64,000 nucleotides of DNA from Camelus ferus. Taxonomy: Eukaryota. The stretch is from positions 94,242,001 to 94,306,000 of the forward strand of contig NC_045697.1 of the NCBI RefSeq assembly GCF_009834535.1. Reading direction: 5' to 3'. Shown here piece after piece: positions 36,900 to 50,430 of the stretch (positions within the stretch are counted from its first letter, which is position 1; every line of letters starts with the position of its first letter). The translations under genes were made by a program, and so were the position numbers. The notes below the pieces were generated by a model, which was not told where the DNA came from, ran no database searches, and was given only the letters and a program-made list of their open reading frames with translations.

Positions 36900-39418
36900 A
36901 ATGACAGACTGTATGACAGACAGATATAAAAGGATTAAAAGACTTAAAGATGTAGTCATGCTAGGATGGATATTTATACAGCTGGAAAAACCAACCAGAG
37001 GGCTATGTTCCAAGGAGGACACAGAGGATACACAAATTACCAAACCAACTAGGAATCTGCTAGTGAGAATCACTTAGAAGCTCATGTCGCTTCCTTCTGG
37101 GCCTGGGCTGGCAGTGAAGGGACGTCTTTACAAGACAGGGCTCACTGATACTAATGGGGATAAGCGGATTCCAGAACCACACTGGCTGGGTGTCAGCACT
37201 TAACTGTTGAAAGACAGGAGCACACAATTTCCATAGATAGTGGCAAGATCAGACAGATGCCAAGGAGGACTGACTGACAGAGAGTTAAGATGATTAGTAG
37301 AACATGGCATTTCTAGGGTCAAAATAGACTAGCAGCCTACACAAGCCTCACTTAATTTATAATTCAAAGTAAATAAAAAGGATGAGATGAAGACAGTTTC
37401 CTTCATAAGTCACTATCCTTAGCCCAGTTTTTGGTCTTGAGAAAGTTTTCAGATCCAGATTACACTGATTGAAGGAAAGGCCAAGTTTCTGGGAAGGAAC
37501 ACTCTGTACCACCCTGGGAAGTGACCGTGGTAATTATTTCTTCAAGCTTCCTCCAAAGGACTTGTAACCATACAATTGAATACTCGTATGATGGGGAAAG
37601 GAGACACCCTAAACATTTCAAGGACTCCTGGCCATAGAGTCTTCCTTCAGATTGATCCTCTAATACTAATGTCACCATGGTTTCCTATCTAAAGGGTGAC
37701 ATAATAAGGCAAGTAATAAATAGAGACTATTTGCACAGCCTTTGACTATATAATGGGAAACACATACTTGGGAATTGTTGGCATAAACAGCATGTTGATT
37801 TCTTGTTCTGTGAGATAAAAGACATTGAAAGGTATTGGAGAAGGCCAATCAAAAGGCTCTGAAATTGTCTCCCCACACTCCCACCAGCCAAGATGGTAAA
37901 CCAAAATAAAATCATTGGTTATAATGACAAAAATTAGTTCCAAACTTAGAGACCTAAAGAACACAGAGGTAATAATCTGTATCATATATCTATTTAATGT
38001 ACCAGTTTGATTCATACAAAAAACAGATGATGGTGTATGCAAAAACCATGTAGATCCTAGAGTATTATAGTGAACTATCGTAAAATCAATGAAATTGTAA
38101 CCCTAGATGGAGCTTCTGTGCCAGATAAATAATCTTTGCTAAAACTGATCAAAATGTCTTTGAGTACGTATTATGTGACCACTGATAAGTTGAAAGTATA
38201 ATTTTCAGATACAGCTCAGATTTACTTGAACTAGACAACAGTATACAGTTACAGTCTTTCTCCAAGACTCTTAACTCTCCTGCTCTCTGTCTTAATATAT
38301 TTTGAGCAGACCTGGACCTGTTGAACATCTCAAAGAACATCTCACTAATGACATCATGCTGTTAGACTGGATAAACTAGAAATGAAACGTATATTGGAGT
38401 CTTTGCTAGGAATGTGTGCTACAGAAAGACAGCGATAAACCCCATGAAAATGCAGAGGTCTGCAACATATTAAAATAATTCTGAGGCATGTGAGGATGTC
38501 TGCTCCAAAATAAAGGGGTCTTTATTGTATCTGGTACTTCCAGCCACAAAGAAGAAAGCACAATGCCTGGTAGGCCTCTTTGGGTTCTGGCCAGCATATG
38601 CCACACCCGGGAATACTGTTTGGACCTTTATCTAGGTGAGACAAAAGGCTGTCAGTGGGGATCACAGAAGGAAAAACTCTGTAATATGTTCATACTGAAC
38701 CACAAGCAGCATTTTGCCCAGAAGACCTTGTGGTATTAGAAGGTATTCAAAGACCCTGTGGATTTTCCTACAAGTCCTATAAAAAAATCTAAAACAGACT
38801 CCTAGATTTCTGAAGCCAGTCTATGTCATCTACAGTGCAATGTTATATACCTTAAAAAAACAAAAAAACAAAAACAAACAAACAAACAAAAAAACCCTCC
38901 TAAGTTCTGGGGAGTGACTACTAATGAGATCTAAAGGGATAATGCAGTCAAAATGGCTTCTATGAGCAGGATTTGCCCAAAAACTTGGGTAGGACCAGTC
39001 TATCTAGTAACCTGGAATTTGAACATATAGGATGAAGCATGAGCAGGTTCGGGTGGCATAAGTCAGCTACATAAGTACTTGGCCCAGAATCTCACATCAC
39101 CCACCACTGGTGTACAAGAGCCTCTTCTTTAGCTGATACCAATGTCTACATGGGGAATATCTTATAACAATGGCAGTGGAAGAAAATGTCTGAGACTGGT
39201 TTACAGATGGGTCAGCTGAAAATGGGTGGTCGATTACATTACAGCCCCACTTAGAAGTAACCTGCAAAGACAGTGGCAAGGAAGAATTCTCCTAATGGGC
39301 AGAGCTTTGGGTGGTACATTTCATCATCCACATTATATGGAAAGAGAAGTGCCCCAAGGTATGGATTCGTGGGTGGTGATGAATGGCTCTTTGAATGGTC
39401 AGAGGCCAGGAAGGGGAG
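36900..39418 (+). mobile_element. decayed ERVL-class (ERV3-16A3/ERVL-E-like) internal region: gag, protease, RT, RNase H
   Basis: Broken translations: TFQGLLAIESSFRLI (protease LLDTGS region, ~37613); LFNVPV*FIQKTD and IVNYRKINEIVT (RT N-terminus, ~37990-38105); QYTVTVF..NSPALC; NDIMLL (eroded YIDDIML, ~38347); DWFTDGSA and DSGKEEFS*WAEL (RNase H, ~39195-39310). Many stops and frameshifts. Confidence 0.88.
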
Positions 39419-39551
39419 AGCTTAGCCTCCGCTGTTCAGTCCTACTTCCTCTTCTTTTCCATGGATGCTGAGCACAAAGCAAACCCCTAATAAAATCCCT
39501 GTGCACAAATTTATCTCAAAGTCTGTTTTCCAGGGAAACCAATCTGCCACA
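39418..39551 (+). mobile_element. 3' part of an LTR16-type ERVL LTR
   Basis: CCCTAATAAAATCCCTGTGCACAAATTTATCTCAAAGTCTGTTTTCCAGGGAAACCAATCTGCCACA resembles the LTR16 end (AATAAA and terminal CA). Confidence 0.75.
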
Positions 39552-42279
39552 AAGCCCACGGTCCATCCATGAATGCCTTCAAATCCAAATGCCAGTGAAG
39601 TATTTTACTAGCCACAAACAAAGGTGTATAAAACCACAGCTTTATTCATTTTCCTATAAGTATGTTTCCCACAGTGTATTTTGAGGGGAGGGGGTGAAAA
39701 ATCAAAGTAAGTGTCAACGCAGAAGCCTTTAATTTAGTCATTTTCAGGTAAGGCTCATTCAGTACTTTGAATGATCTTATTCATTATAGTTGGAACTTGG
39801 TCAAATTCTATATTTCTTCCTTCCCTCTCTTTTACTCGCCAAATTGATTTTAAATTCTGAGACTTGGGTGTTTCTTAAACTCTCCTGCACAAATATCTCC
39901 TACTATATACAATCACTCATCATGACTTCTGGACTTCATAATTTCTGCCCCTTAGCTGTTTAACATTTCTCCACTGGGGTGGGAGTGCAGGTGGGGGTGG
40001 AGATGTGTCACTGAGGTCATTGCATCTTCATCCGGCCTTTTGTTCATGTGGTCCACTCTAGTATCTTAAGCTACGATGACCTTACCATCATTATGAGACC
40101 CCTTTTAGGCTGGTAGTTTTCTCCTCTGGCTACTTTGCCTCACCTTTTTGGGAGCATGAAATATTTCTACTGTTCCTCTATGTTGTTGTCAGGCCTCGGG
40201 GGCCTCAGGCTGTCAGCATGCCCTCCCTGGCCAATTTCAGATGCATCTCCCTCTGTTCTCCTTCCCCCACACAGTGAGGGTACAGGCCACACCTATGGCG
40301 ACAGCCACCCTCCTCCCAGAGTTCCAGTTCCAAAGGGCAGCGTTAGTGGCGGACACTCATGGATCCCACAGATGAAAAAGGTGCTCCAGTATTCCTGTGC
40401 GATGGTCGTTGAGCTGCGTGAGGCACAGAACCTGTCATAATGGTGTCAAGTCCTGTTTGTCATTGCTAGCATGTAGATGCTTTATCAAGTCTAGAATGTG
40501 AAAATTATCTCATATTGTCAAGCATTCTTCCCAAATGTATTGTTTATGGCATACATGTCATTTTGGCATTCAAAGCCAGATTAAGCCAGATTTTGTTTTC
40601 TCTCAAATTGTTGTTTCTGCACAGAGCTTCAAAAACTCCAATTTAGAGACCTAAAAGTTAAGATTCTCGGCTTACAGGCTCTAGCAACCCTCCTCTGAAG
40701 GCGGTTTGTGGTAGATCTCGTCCTTTGCTTCCTTGCTTACCTCTTAGCTCTTTTCCTGCAGGGTTGCCTGGAGCTAGCTGTGACCCAAGTCACTGCTTCT
40801 GTCAAGGTCATAAACTGCCCCCACACTCTCCTTCCGATTCCCAGGAAGTGCACCCAGCCTCCGTGCTTTTCACTTGGTGTCCTAACTGCTTACCTGCAAA
40901 GCTGCAGCTAAGCTAAGGTTACCGTACTACCTCGGGGGGTTCCTGCCTACCTTCTGCTCTGTAGATAATTAGTTCTCAAAATAAATCCACTCCAAATTAT
41001 TATTCTTCAGGAGTGCCATCATCAAGAGCTCAGGAAAAATACTCTGATCTCGCACACCTTTTCCCTCTGCCTTTCTCCTACAAGGCCCCTTTGAGGAGAG
41101 CAACAGGAAACCAGAGGGCACAGGAAGCAGTACATGTGGTATCTGGAGGTCATCCTTCTGGACAGAGCTGGGTGAGGAAGTTGGGGAGATAAATAAAGTT
41201 TTGAAGAAAGTCCTCACTGCTGCCTGAAAGGTGAGAGGTTACCGGTGATAGGAAATCACTGGGAAAATGTTTGTTAATATGGAAATGCTATCCATCCCAT
41301 TAGGCTGACACAGTTACAGACTAGAGTTACGATATTTCAACCATGTTTCCAGTTGTGAAAAAAAATAGAAACTTCTAAATTTATTTTACTCCATTCAGGA
41401 TTTCCTTGCTCAGAGGATTCTTTCTCAGAGAATGGCTGTTACGTTCTGGGAGCACCAACATCATATCATCAGGGGAAGCGTCTGGTCTGTGGTCATTCTC
41501 TAGACAAAGTCTCCTCAGAGAAGACATCCGTGGCATCAGCAAGATCCTGCATTTCATGCACGGAGCACTGGGTTATCGGGAATCCCGCTGTGGCTTTCAG
41601 CCATCGGTGCACACATGCTGCAACCCCAATTCACAAATTATTTCAAGGCATCAGTTTTCTCTTAACCCTTTTGGTCGTCTCATGACGGAACATGGGGACA
41701 GTCCTTATCTCATCCTCCACTTATTGGGACCTCAGGACACTGAAATCTCAGGCTCTTTCAGACCAGCTCTTCTCTCTCATCTTGTTTCAAGAAGCATGCA
41801 TATTTGCTTTTATTTGGTTTTCCCCCAAGCCTAGGTGAATTTCTGTTTCTCCCCTGGGACTGGTCAAGAGGGAGTGAGTCATTTTCTTAAGCTGCCAATG
41901 TTGCTTGAATTTCACTGATGCTGGGAAATGTTCTGTTTTTTCCTATGTGCAGTGGTAAACAAGTACCCTTGTGCAGTTGCCTTAAACTTATCCCCATTTT
42001 TAAAGATGACTGAGTTCCCATTCTAGTCCAGAATTTTAAAAGCAGTCCCTGGTCCCTTGTTCATTGAACTCCTAGGACAGGGGAAGCCAATAACAGCCTC
42101 CTCTCTGAGACGCACCTCACTTCTAAAACTAATCTCCCTCAGATCTTTCTTTAGCTGAGGCCGATTTTATATAAAATATGTTATTTTGGTCACATTTTTT
42201 CCCTCTTGACCTTTTGTACCAATCTAGTGGTAAAGGACAGATTCCCTCAGAGCATTTTTTCCTATCTGCTTGTCATAGA

Positions 42280-42965
42280 AAGTTCTAATGATCTTTTCAA
42301 AATGCAAATTTGATCATGTCATTGCTCCTGCTTAAAATACTTCAATGGCTTCCTTGTAATCCAAAGAGACAAAGTATATATAAATTTCATATATATACTA
42401 TATATATATATACACACACATATATCTTCTACATACATAAATCTTTCACGTGGTCTAGAAGATACTGCATATGGCTCCTGAGGCGTTCTCCATCTTGTTC
42501 CCTGTACCCCAGCTACACTGAGCTAATATTGATTTCTTAGAAATATGCTCCCTCCCACATTCTTCCACATGCTCCTTCCTTTAAATCCCCATTTTCATAC
42601 TAGCTGCCATTTTTAATTTCAACCTCAGTTTAAGAATTTCTCTCAGGGAAACGTTTACTGACCTCCCAATTTAAGACTGTTCCTTTGTTGCATCATTGCA
42701 AATTACCAATGTAGACATATTCCTTGTCCTATACTTAAAATGAGTCATACTATTTATCTTTGCAGTTAACTCAGCTTCAATTTTGAAAAGAATCCAACTC
42801 GATCACTCTTCAGTCGATCACTTGGTTGACATATGTCTCTACTACTAGAGTATAAACTCGAACAAAAACCTAGTAGGTAATACTTGACAAGTGTCACTGT
42901 TGTCTTCCCAATAACAAGCAGTGTGCCTGAAACATGTGATCTTTCAAGGAACAATATGAATGAGG
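42280..42965 (+). mobile_element. L2 3' region with internal (TA)n/(CA)n
   Basis: ATCTTTTCAAAATGCAAATTTGATCATGTCATTGCTCCTGCTTAAAATACTTCAATGGCTTCC is a typical L2 block. Ends GCAGTGTGCCTGAAACATG..TATGAATGA. Confidence 0.85.
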
Positions 42966-45900
42966 AATAGATAATATGTCAACCTTCTCTCATACCCTCC
43001 TCCTTTGCACTAAGCTTCAGTCCACCTTTTATTTACTCTAAAACATACGTAATCCTTCCCTATCTTTGCAGTTTCTTTTTCTTTTCTTTTCTTTTTTTTT
43101 TTTTTCCTAGCTCCATCTGTTTCTTCAATCCAGGGCTTAAATACTGCTTTCTGATAGAGATGTTCTTGGATCAAAAATATGAAAAAGGTCCACTGATACT
43201 TCTTTCACTTAACGTATATGCATTTCACTCATAGCCAGTATTTATTATGTCTGTTCCGTAGCAAACTGTCAAGAATCATAAGGCATGTAAGGCGTAAGGC
43301 GTGGTGCCCTTTTTGGATACCGTTTGGAATGCCTCACACCTAGCACACAGCCTGGCGCTCCATGGGTGGTTGCCCCTCATAATGCTACTTACGACGCTGC
43401 AAGTTTCCCGAGTTAATATACTTCAGGAGAGTTCTTACAGTGAGCTGTGTTTGAGCTGTGTCATCAAAGAAATGACATTATTGACAAGGTTGATCTAATG
43501 CTATTTTGTATATTAATCCTAATTAAGGAGACATTTGTTCTGCTAGAGAGGTCAAAAATATTGCCTGGGAAATCTGAGAAACCATGCCTTATAACCCAAT
43601 ATTCTTCTAACTTCTAGTCATACATTGCTCGTTTAGTACAGTCCAACCATTTCTGTTATATATATTTTTATGCAATTTCTGTGCAACCCTCACTGTTTAG
43701 GGTATTTTGTAGAATAAAAGGAAATGTAAGACATATTCACTGAGTTCAAAATTCTTATGGTTATGCAGATGAAACTGCAAACTTACATTATGCTATTAAG
43801 GCCAAAAATTCACAATGTAAAATCACAGAGCAAATGGTGTGGTCCTGAAATGTAGGAGCTTAAAGAACAAAGTGATCACTAGAGGTCAGAAGAGACAAAA
43901 CAAATCAAATGTCTTGAAGGAACTAGGACTTGAGCTTTTTCCTGAAAACTGAATAATACTTGCTGTCAAGGACAAGGAGGGTAGTATTCCCAGATGATGC
44001 CTACAGAGTTATTGAACCATTGCAAAGCCCCTAGTTTTAAAATTAACACCATCTCTGCCATTGCAGTCAGAGATATGCAAAGTCATCCCCAGTGAAGTCA
44101 CATCACCTCCTGAGCTCCCCTGCCTCCCGACTCACCATTGACATTTCAGGTATTGCTTTTTAAAAATAAATTAGAATATATTATAAACATAAACTTCATT
44201 GTGATTGATTTAATCCTATTTGTGTCTCCTATAGCTTGAAGAGAGTACATTATTTATTGATCCCTTACCCACATCTTCTGCTTTACTATTACTAAATGAA
44301 TTTTGACTTATGAAGAATGACCCATGGAGTCAAATGTCCTCCTACTCAATACCGTGCTAATTCCTGTTACTAAAACGGTCCCCTTCCTTATCCTAGAAAT
44401 GTAATGCGTATGTTGCTTATTATAGGATTTCAATAAAATATTGATACACTAATACCTTATCCACTTAAAGGATATGAGGTCAAGGGTTCAAGAAGAAGGG
44501 TAGTCTGTTAGAGTTTCATCTCAGAAGGATACTCAAGATGCAGGGGCTCTGGATGGAAGGAAGAAGAATGCCCCGCTGTCATGCGTTTCATGGATTTTGC
44601 TCTAACAAGGTTTGTGCCATCTGAGAGTTCTGAAAGGGACTCTGTGAAGGGGGGATTCGAAGTAAAATTTGTTACGTTAAACGGGCCATGCTGAGATCTT
44701 TTAATGTGATTATCATTTTATGCTATTGTATTATTATTTCTTTAATTCACTTAGTACTTTGTATTTATTAGAGTATAGCACAGAAAGGATAAAATTTACT
44801 TTAGGTAACAATTGCTAATTAATGGATTTAGCCTATGTTAGGTGAAAAAAATCTTTATTATTAGAGCTAGACAGAATCCCTTCACCCAAGTAACTATGTA
44901 CAATATTAGCTGAAAGTTGTAAATTTTTATGAAAACTGCAAAATAGTTTATTGAAATTACTGCACTATTTGAAATGAGAAACACACATTGCCAAATACAT
45001 ACATATTGTTTTAATAAAAAAAGACATGCAGTAGGACATGCTCTAATTTTCCTCCCTAATGTTTTGGTGTAACTATCTGAATAATTTATTTTTTAATTTG
45101 TTCTTGATGCTTCTTTTTCAAGGTTGATAGGATCCTTTTGTGAAGATTCAAGTAAAGTTCTTGTGCTTTGCTCTCTAGGCTGAATGTCTGCCTCAGGGGT
45201 CTCAGTCTCTGCTTAGACACTGGGTCAAAGCACAGTCTTTGAAACACCTCATCTTTTTCAATTGTCTTCTCCGGGCAGTTTTGCTTCCTTCCAATATAGT
45301 ATGCAAAATGCTGGCTTCCTGTTTTACTATTTAATGGTGAAGTTGCGTCTCTTAGCCTCTGTCTCTAACCTGAACATTCTGAATTACTGTGATTGATGGA
45401 ATTTTATCTGCCGGCTGCGTTCTTACATCCACAACCTGCCTTCTGCTGTTATGAGTGTGTGAACAAATTTTAATCCTTTGGGCTGGGAGCAAGTTTTTAT
45501 TCAGCTTAAGAGCTGAAAATAATTACCGTGTTCTTCCCTAGCTCCACAGCATGTCCTTTCTAATAAATTAAATAACCCTTCATCAATAATGATGGCTCTG
45601 GATCTGTCGTTTGATCACTTCATGACCAGTTTTATGAAGACGACCTTTTCACATACAATATTTCACTTGATCTCTATCTGATATGTTAGAAAAAGAAAAA
45701 AATGCACACATACATGAACACATACACAGATCCACACACACCAACGGAGATGATGTGGTTCTTTTAATCTGTTGCTTTGGCTAAGTTGTGTGGGGCTATT
45801 GCCTCATGTGGGGATTTCTGTAACAGAGTGCAAAGAACTGAGTCAAATTACACACTTCTAAGTATCTGAATAGCCTTGAAAAGCAGAGTTTTGATGTGCA

Positions 45901-46697
45901 AGGGCAAATCTTTTTGAGACAGAAAATGTTTTGGAATTTAGAAAGCCTGTTTTTTACATATCAAAAGCAAACCCCCAAAGGAATCAAAGCCTAGGGCTTC
46001 AGCTACTAATTTTTTTTTTTTTGCAAAAGCCAATCTCTCCATTTCCTTACCAAGCAAAAACTAGAAAGATAAGGGAAAGCAATTAGTTATTGGCTGACAT
46101 AAATTGAGAAATTGGGCCGTGCCTATCAGACACTCCCTCTTCAGGCAGTCAGAAACAGTAAAACCCCAGATAGGCTTTGGCTTGAATAAAAGGTTGCTAG
46201 AGCCCTGGGTCTCAGTTGACATTGACACCCTGAGAAATGGGGAGTCTTGTAGAAACATCTCTTATGGCAACATCCTGTGAAGGCAGGATTGATGACACAG
46301 TGTCAGGAAAGATTCAGGCAGAGAGGACCTGAAAAACTTTCCAATCCCTATGGCTCAAATTAGGGAGAATATTCAAATGAGAAGATAACATTTATTGTTC
46401 AAACTGAGAAAATTCTTAGAATAAAAGGGTGGATGATTATTAACCCACCAGTAACCATCCAGTCCAGGGAAAACAGAACATGCAGTCACCTTACAGAGAA
46501 GCCTAAACGTTCCAGGAGAGAGCCAGAGGATCCGGTATAAAGTCACAGTGTATGTGATGCTCTGGCTATGGGTATCTTATTAGATGCCAGAGGGAACAGA
46601 TGCTGGGAATGAAAGCTCATGGAGGAAACAGAGACATCTTAAAATGTAAGACCACTGGACAGATAATGACTGCACATATCCAAAGGTTTGTATATTC

Positions 46698-47970
46698 TGC
46701 CAACAAAAAATTTAATCAATAGTGAATCTAAGAAAGAAATGGAAAATTGTATTTGAGTGAAGATTATAAACCAGGAGACAGTCCCTCAGAGAGCTCTGGG
46801 AACTGCTCTGAAGAGGTAAAGGGGGAGGCGAGTATAGATGTGATGTTAGTGAAGGGGATGCCTGCAATTGAACACACAGCTCAGTATATGATTGCTTCTA
46901 GTCAAGACGAGCAGACATCTAATTATGGTTTTAGTGCTTTTTTAAGTAGGGGAAGGTGCAAGAAACTGGGTTCATAAAATTTTCTTTTGAAAATATCTAA
47001 CTATCTGAGGGCCTGTTCTGCCAGTTTTCCCAGAGCACAGAGTGCCTCAACCAGATCCTCACCTTGAATTCTTCTGAGGGTGTGTTTTAGGTCAGTGACT
47101 GCAGTGGCTAATGACTCGATTCTTCTAGAACTGGATGGTGGGCAATTCCTTCCCTTTTGGCCTTAATTTTGACCAAGGTTTGGGAGGCATTTCATGACCA
47201 ATTAATCCTGCGGTGCCAGGAATTCTCATTCCCAGGTCAGGTGAGCATTTTGTTGATAGGCCAATCAATGTGCTATTACTGGATTAGGTCTTGTTAACAG
47301 TAACTGAAGGCCTCTGGACCACCTGTCTAACTAGTCTGTTATGGTCCAGAAACTGGTTCCCTCTTGTTGCTTCTTCCCCCCATCTAGAGTTACACTATTA
47401 CAGTGATTAATCTTATAGAATCATATTTTTGATCAATTGTTTCAAGTCATCTAATTGTCATTAATTTTATCTGAGGCTCAGTTACACATTTGGTAATGCA
47501 ATAAACAATAATCTTGTAAAATAGGCAGAATACAAGTAATATAGCTAGAAATATTAATAAGGTCATAAGTATTTAAGCTAAAACTTCCATTATGTGCAGC
47601 CCAGTACCTCCCCAGTTTGACCAGTCTATTCTGCACCAATCACTGTCTTTAATGGAAGTGATATATTGGAATTGTATATAAAGTTCACTGAAGATGTCTG
47701 CATGTACAAGGCAGATGGTGGGTCATCATGACGCCTTACAGGATTGTGAAAGGAATGTTGTTTTCTGAGAAACTACATGGCTGGCGTCAGAAGAAGAGAA
47801 GTTGATCTTTATGGTTGAGCAGGTATCTCTGCCTTTGGGGAGGTCTGGTTAACACTTAATGAAGGTGCACAATGCACGGTATAGCAGAGAGAGGAGTCCA
47901 AAGGGCAATGAAAAAGTTTTATGTTTAACTTTTTTCTGTCTTGTCTTAAAATGTGGATTTTTATTTCACC
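46698..47970 (-). mobile_element. long (~1.27 kb) ERV1-class solo LTR
   Basis: TG...CC termini (degenerate TG..CA), flanks ATTC/AATC. The first ~450 bp align by eye with the LTR at 55148-55639. Confidence 0.75.
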
Positions 47971-48204
47971 AATCTTAGGTAAGACCATGTAACATAGGAG
48001 GTAGACAAGGAAGCAGGAAGTGAGAAAATTATAAAAGACTAAGAAAACTATTCATTATCTAATATTAAGTTTATACTTAGCAGCCAACAGTTGTATGATG
48101 ACTTGAGTCAGAATTTAAGTTACAGGAAAAGAGTATTTTATTTAACTGTGTTTTTGGCTTGAGAGTAAATTATATGAGCTACACCCACAAACTAAAAAGA
48201 ACAG

Positions 48205-48330
48205 GAAGCATTGGTTCCATTTTTCAGTTGAAGAAGTGAGGCTCAAAGTCACTGATAGATTAACCCCAAATCTCAAAGCATGTAAGGTACGGTGCTGGGA
48301 CAAGAGCTGAATGATTTGGTTCTTTGTGCA
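48205..48330 (-). mobile_element. MIR relic
   Basis: CCATTTTTCAGTTGAAGAAGTGAGGCTCAAAG...TTAACCCCAAATCTCAAAGC matches the antisense MIR core. Confidence 0.7.
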
Positions 48331-48589
48331 ATATTTACAATAATGTTTCTTTCTTTTTTCTCAGCTTTTTTTAATGTAGAGTTAGACCACACTCTCATAA
48401 ATATATCTTCTTTTCCTTGAGATTGGGAAAGTAAGTTTTGGGGATCAGGAGAGAATTCTGGATTGGTATGATCAAGCTAATGCATAATTTTGGGGCCTTT
48501 TATTTTTCTTGATAGTAAATGTTTCTAGTAAAGGATCTGGCTTCTTCTTTTTTTAAAAGTTATTACTACCCTGACTTCTCATACTTGAA

Positions 48590-48620
48590 TTAACTTGTGT
48601 GAGTTTTGAATTTTATATGC

Positions 48621-48672
<52 letters not shown>

Positions 48673-48830
48673 ACCTTCTTTCACTCCATAGTATTTTTAG
48701 GAAACTCGCCCATGATGCTTCATCCATCTGTAGTGTTTTACTTTTCACTGCTGTACAATTTTCATTGTATAACATATGACAATTTATTTGTTCATTCTAT
48801 CAGTGAAAAGACATTTGGGTTTATAATCTT
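48590..48830 (-). mobile_element. L1ME-like 3' UTR relic surrounding the (GT)n
   Basis: TTTTGAATTTTATAT..CTTCTTTCACTCCATAGTATTTTT..CATCCATCTGTAG..TTTTCACTGCTGTACAATTTTCATTGTAT..AATTTATTTGTTCATTCT. Confidence 0.75.
48625..48670. repeat. (GT)23 microsatellite
   Basis: Uninterrupted GT run seen directly. Confidence 0.97.
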
Positions 48831-48839
48831 TGTTGTTTG

Positions 48840-48995
48840 TAGCCTACTTTACCCCGAAGTTTTTAAGTTGGATGAGAATGAGATCTTTACTGTTTTCTTA
48901 CTTGATTAACACCTAAAACCTAGAACAGTGCCTGGAACTGGAACCTAAAAACTGGAACAGTGCAAGTAACTCAGTAAATATTTGTTGAATTAAAA
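48840..48995 (+). mobile_element. L2 3' end with a local duplication
   Basis: CCTAGAACAGTGCCTGG...GTAACTCAGTAAATATTTGTTGAAT. The unit ACCTAAAACCTAGAACAGTGC is repeated imperfectly. Confidence 0.75.
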
Positions 48996-50289
48996 TAAGT
49001 TGAACTTTAAATTGGACAAGATTCCATTGGCTTATTTTTGAAGTCCATTGTTGGAAAATATGAAAATCCTTATATTTTGTGTTTTTTGAAAGTTTTCATG
49101 CATATACTAGTGGTACTTTTATAGCATTTACTGGCAGATAAAGTAATGATTTGGAATTTGTGGGAATACGTTATCAGTGCATATAAACAATTTGGAGAAA
49201 TAGAACTCAAATTGGTTTTGATGACCTAAATACATCACACAAAACTGAAAGATAAGATTTGACCAGTATTGTCAAAAAAGTCTGACACTAGTCTTATATA
49301 AATAAGATTGAAGTTTCAAATGTCAATAATGCAAAAATGTCATATAATATTTAAAAATTTGCAAATATCTTAGAAACATCCTATTCCAACACACTAGACA
49401 AAACAGAAAAATTCTTTTTGCCTAGTCATAGAAAATAGGTATCACAGACAGGAAACATTTAAACATGTAAATTTATCTTTTATTTTAAGTATTTGATAAC
49501 ATCCAAGAGAGGTGAATTATCAAGTTATTAATGGTTTGTGTAACACACATTTAATTAGTTGAATTAATAATGAACCGTGGCATTACAGGAGCTATCTGTT
49601 TCATTTACTGTATAAGACTATACTGGTTAACACATAAGAAAAGTGGCCAGTCATTATCAATGTATCATTGTGCATTGTGCTAACATTAATCGGATCAAAT
49701 TAATGTAGTGTGTTACTTTTATCTTAAGCAGGCTTTAATGAACGTTTTATCATTTCAAAATGTTGCCATGACTTATTAGCAAAATATCAAATGCCTAACT
49801 AAATGTTTAGCATAAAAAGGTTCATTTGATACTCACGTTAATGAGAACATTTTTTCTTTTATTATAGGTATAATTAAAGACAGGTATATAAAGCCTTTTT
49901 AAGGTTAATTAAATATATAACAGGACCACCTTCAAAGTTGTACTTGTGAGGCATAATAATACATTTAAAGCTATGGAAATTCTTTTTCACACTGCACTTT
50001 TAGCCAGTAGATCAGTTCATTTCTATTAAGAGACAGAAATATGACTTCATATTAATGATGGAATCAAAACAGATGGAGCTATCTAATGGTTCAGGCAGGA
50101 AATTGGAGTAGGAATTATAGCTTCTTACCCTTATATCTACCACTGATTCACTAAATGACCTTGGGCAAATTACTTAAGCTGCCAGGTCAAATTTTCTAAG
50201 TGCACGTCTTCTTTTTTTTTTTTTATGCCCAGGGCTCATATTAACAGAAAAGGAAGTTCTAGAGATATAGAAAAAGGAAATTATATAAT

Positions 50290-50430
50290 TTAGAGTAGAG
50301 GAAAAAGCCTTTGGCATGAAAGAGATTAAGTGGCTTACCCAAAGTTTCACAGCTAGTATGTGGACAGCTGGGTATTCATATTCAAGTGTGTGAATCATTG
50401 GCCCTCAAATTACCAAGCTTTTAATATCAC
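50290..50430 (-). mobile_element. MIR relic
   Basis: AGAGATTAAGTGGCTTACCCAAAGTTTCACAGCTAGTATGTGGACAGCTGGGTATTCA. Confidence 0.75.

Noticed and set aside
41406..41834. 142-aa ORF
   Set aside because: Non-ATG start, no recognisable motif or splice context; not called as CDS.
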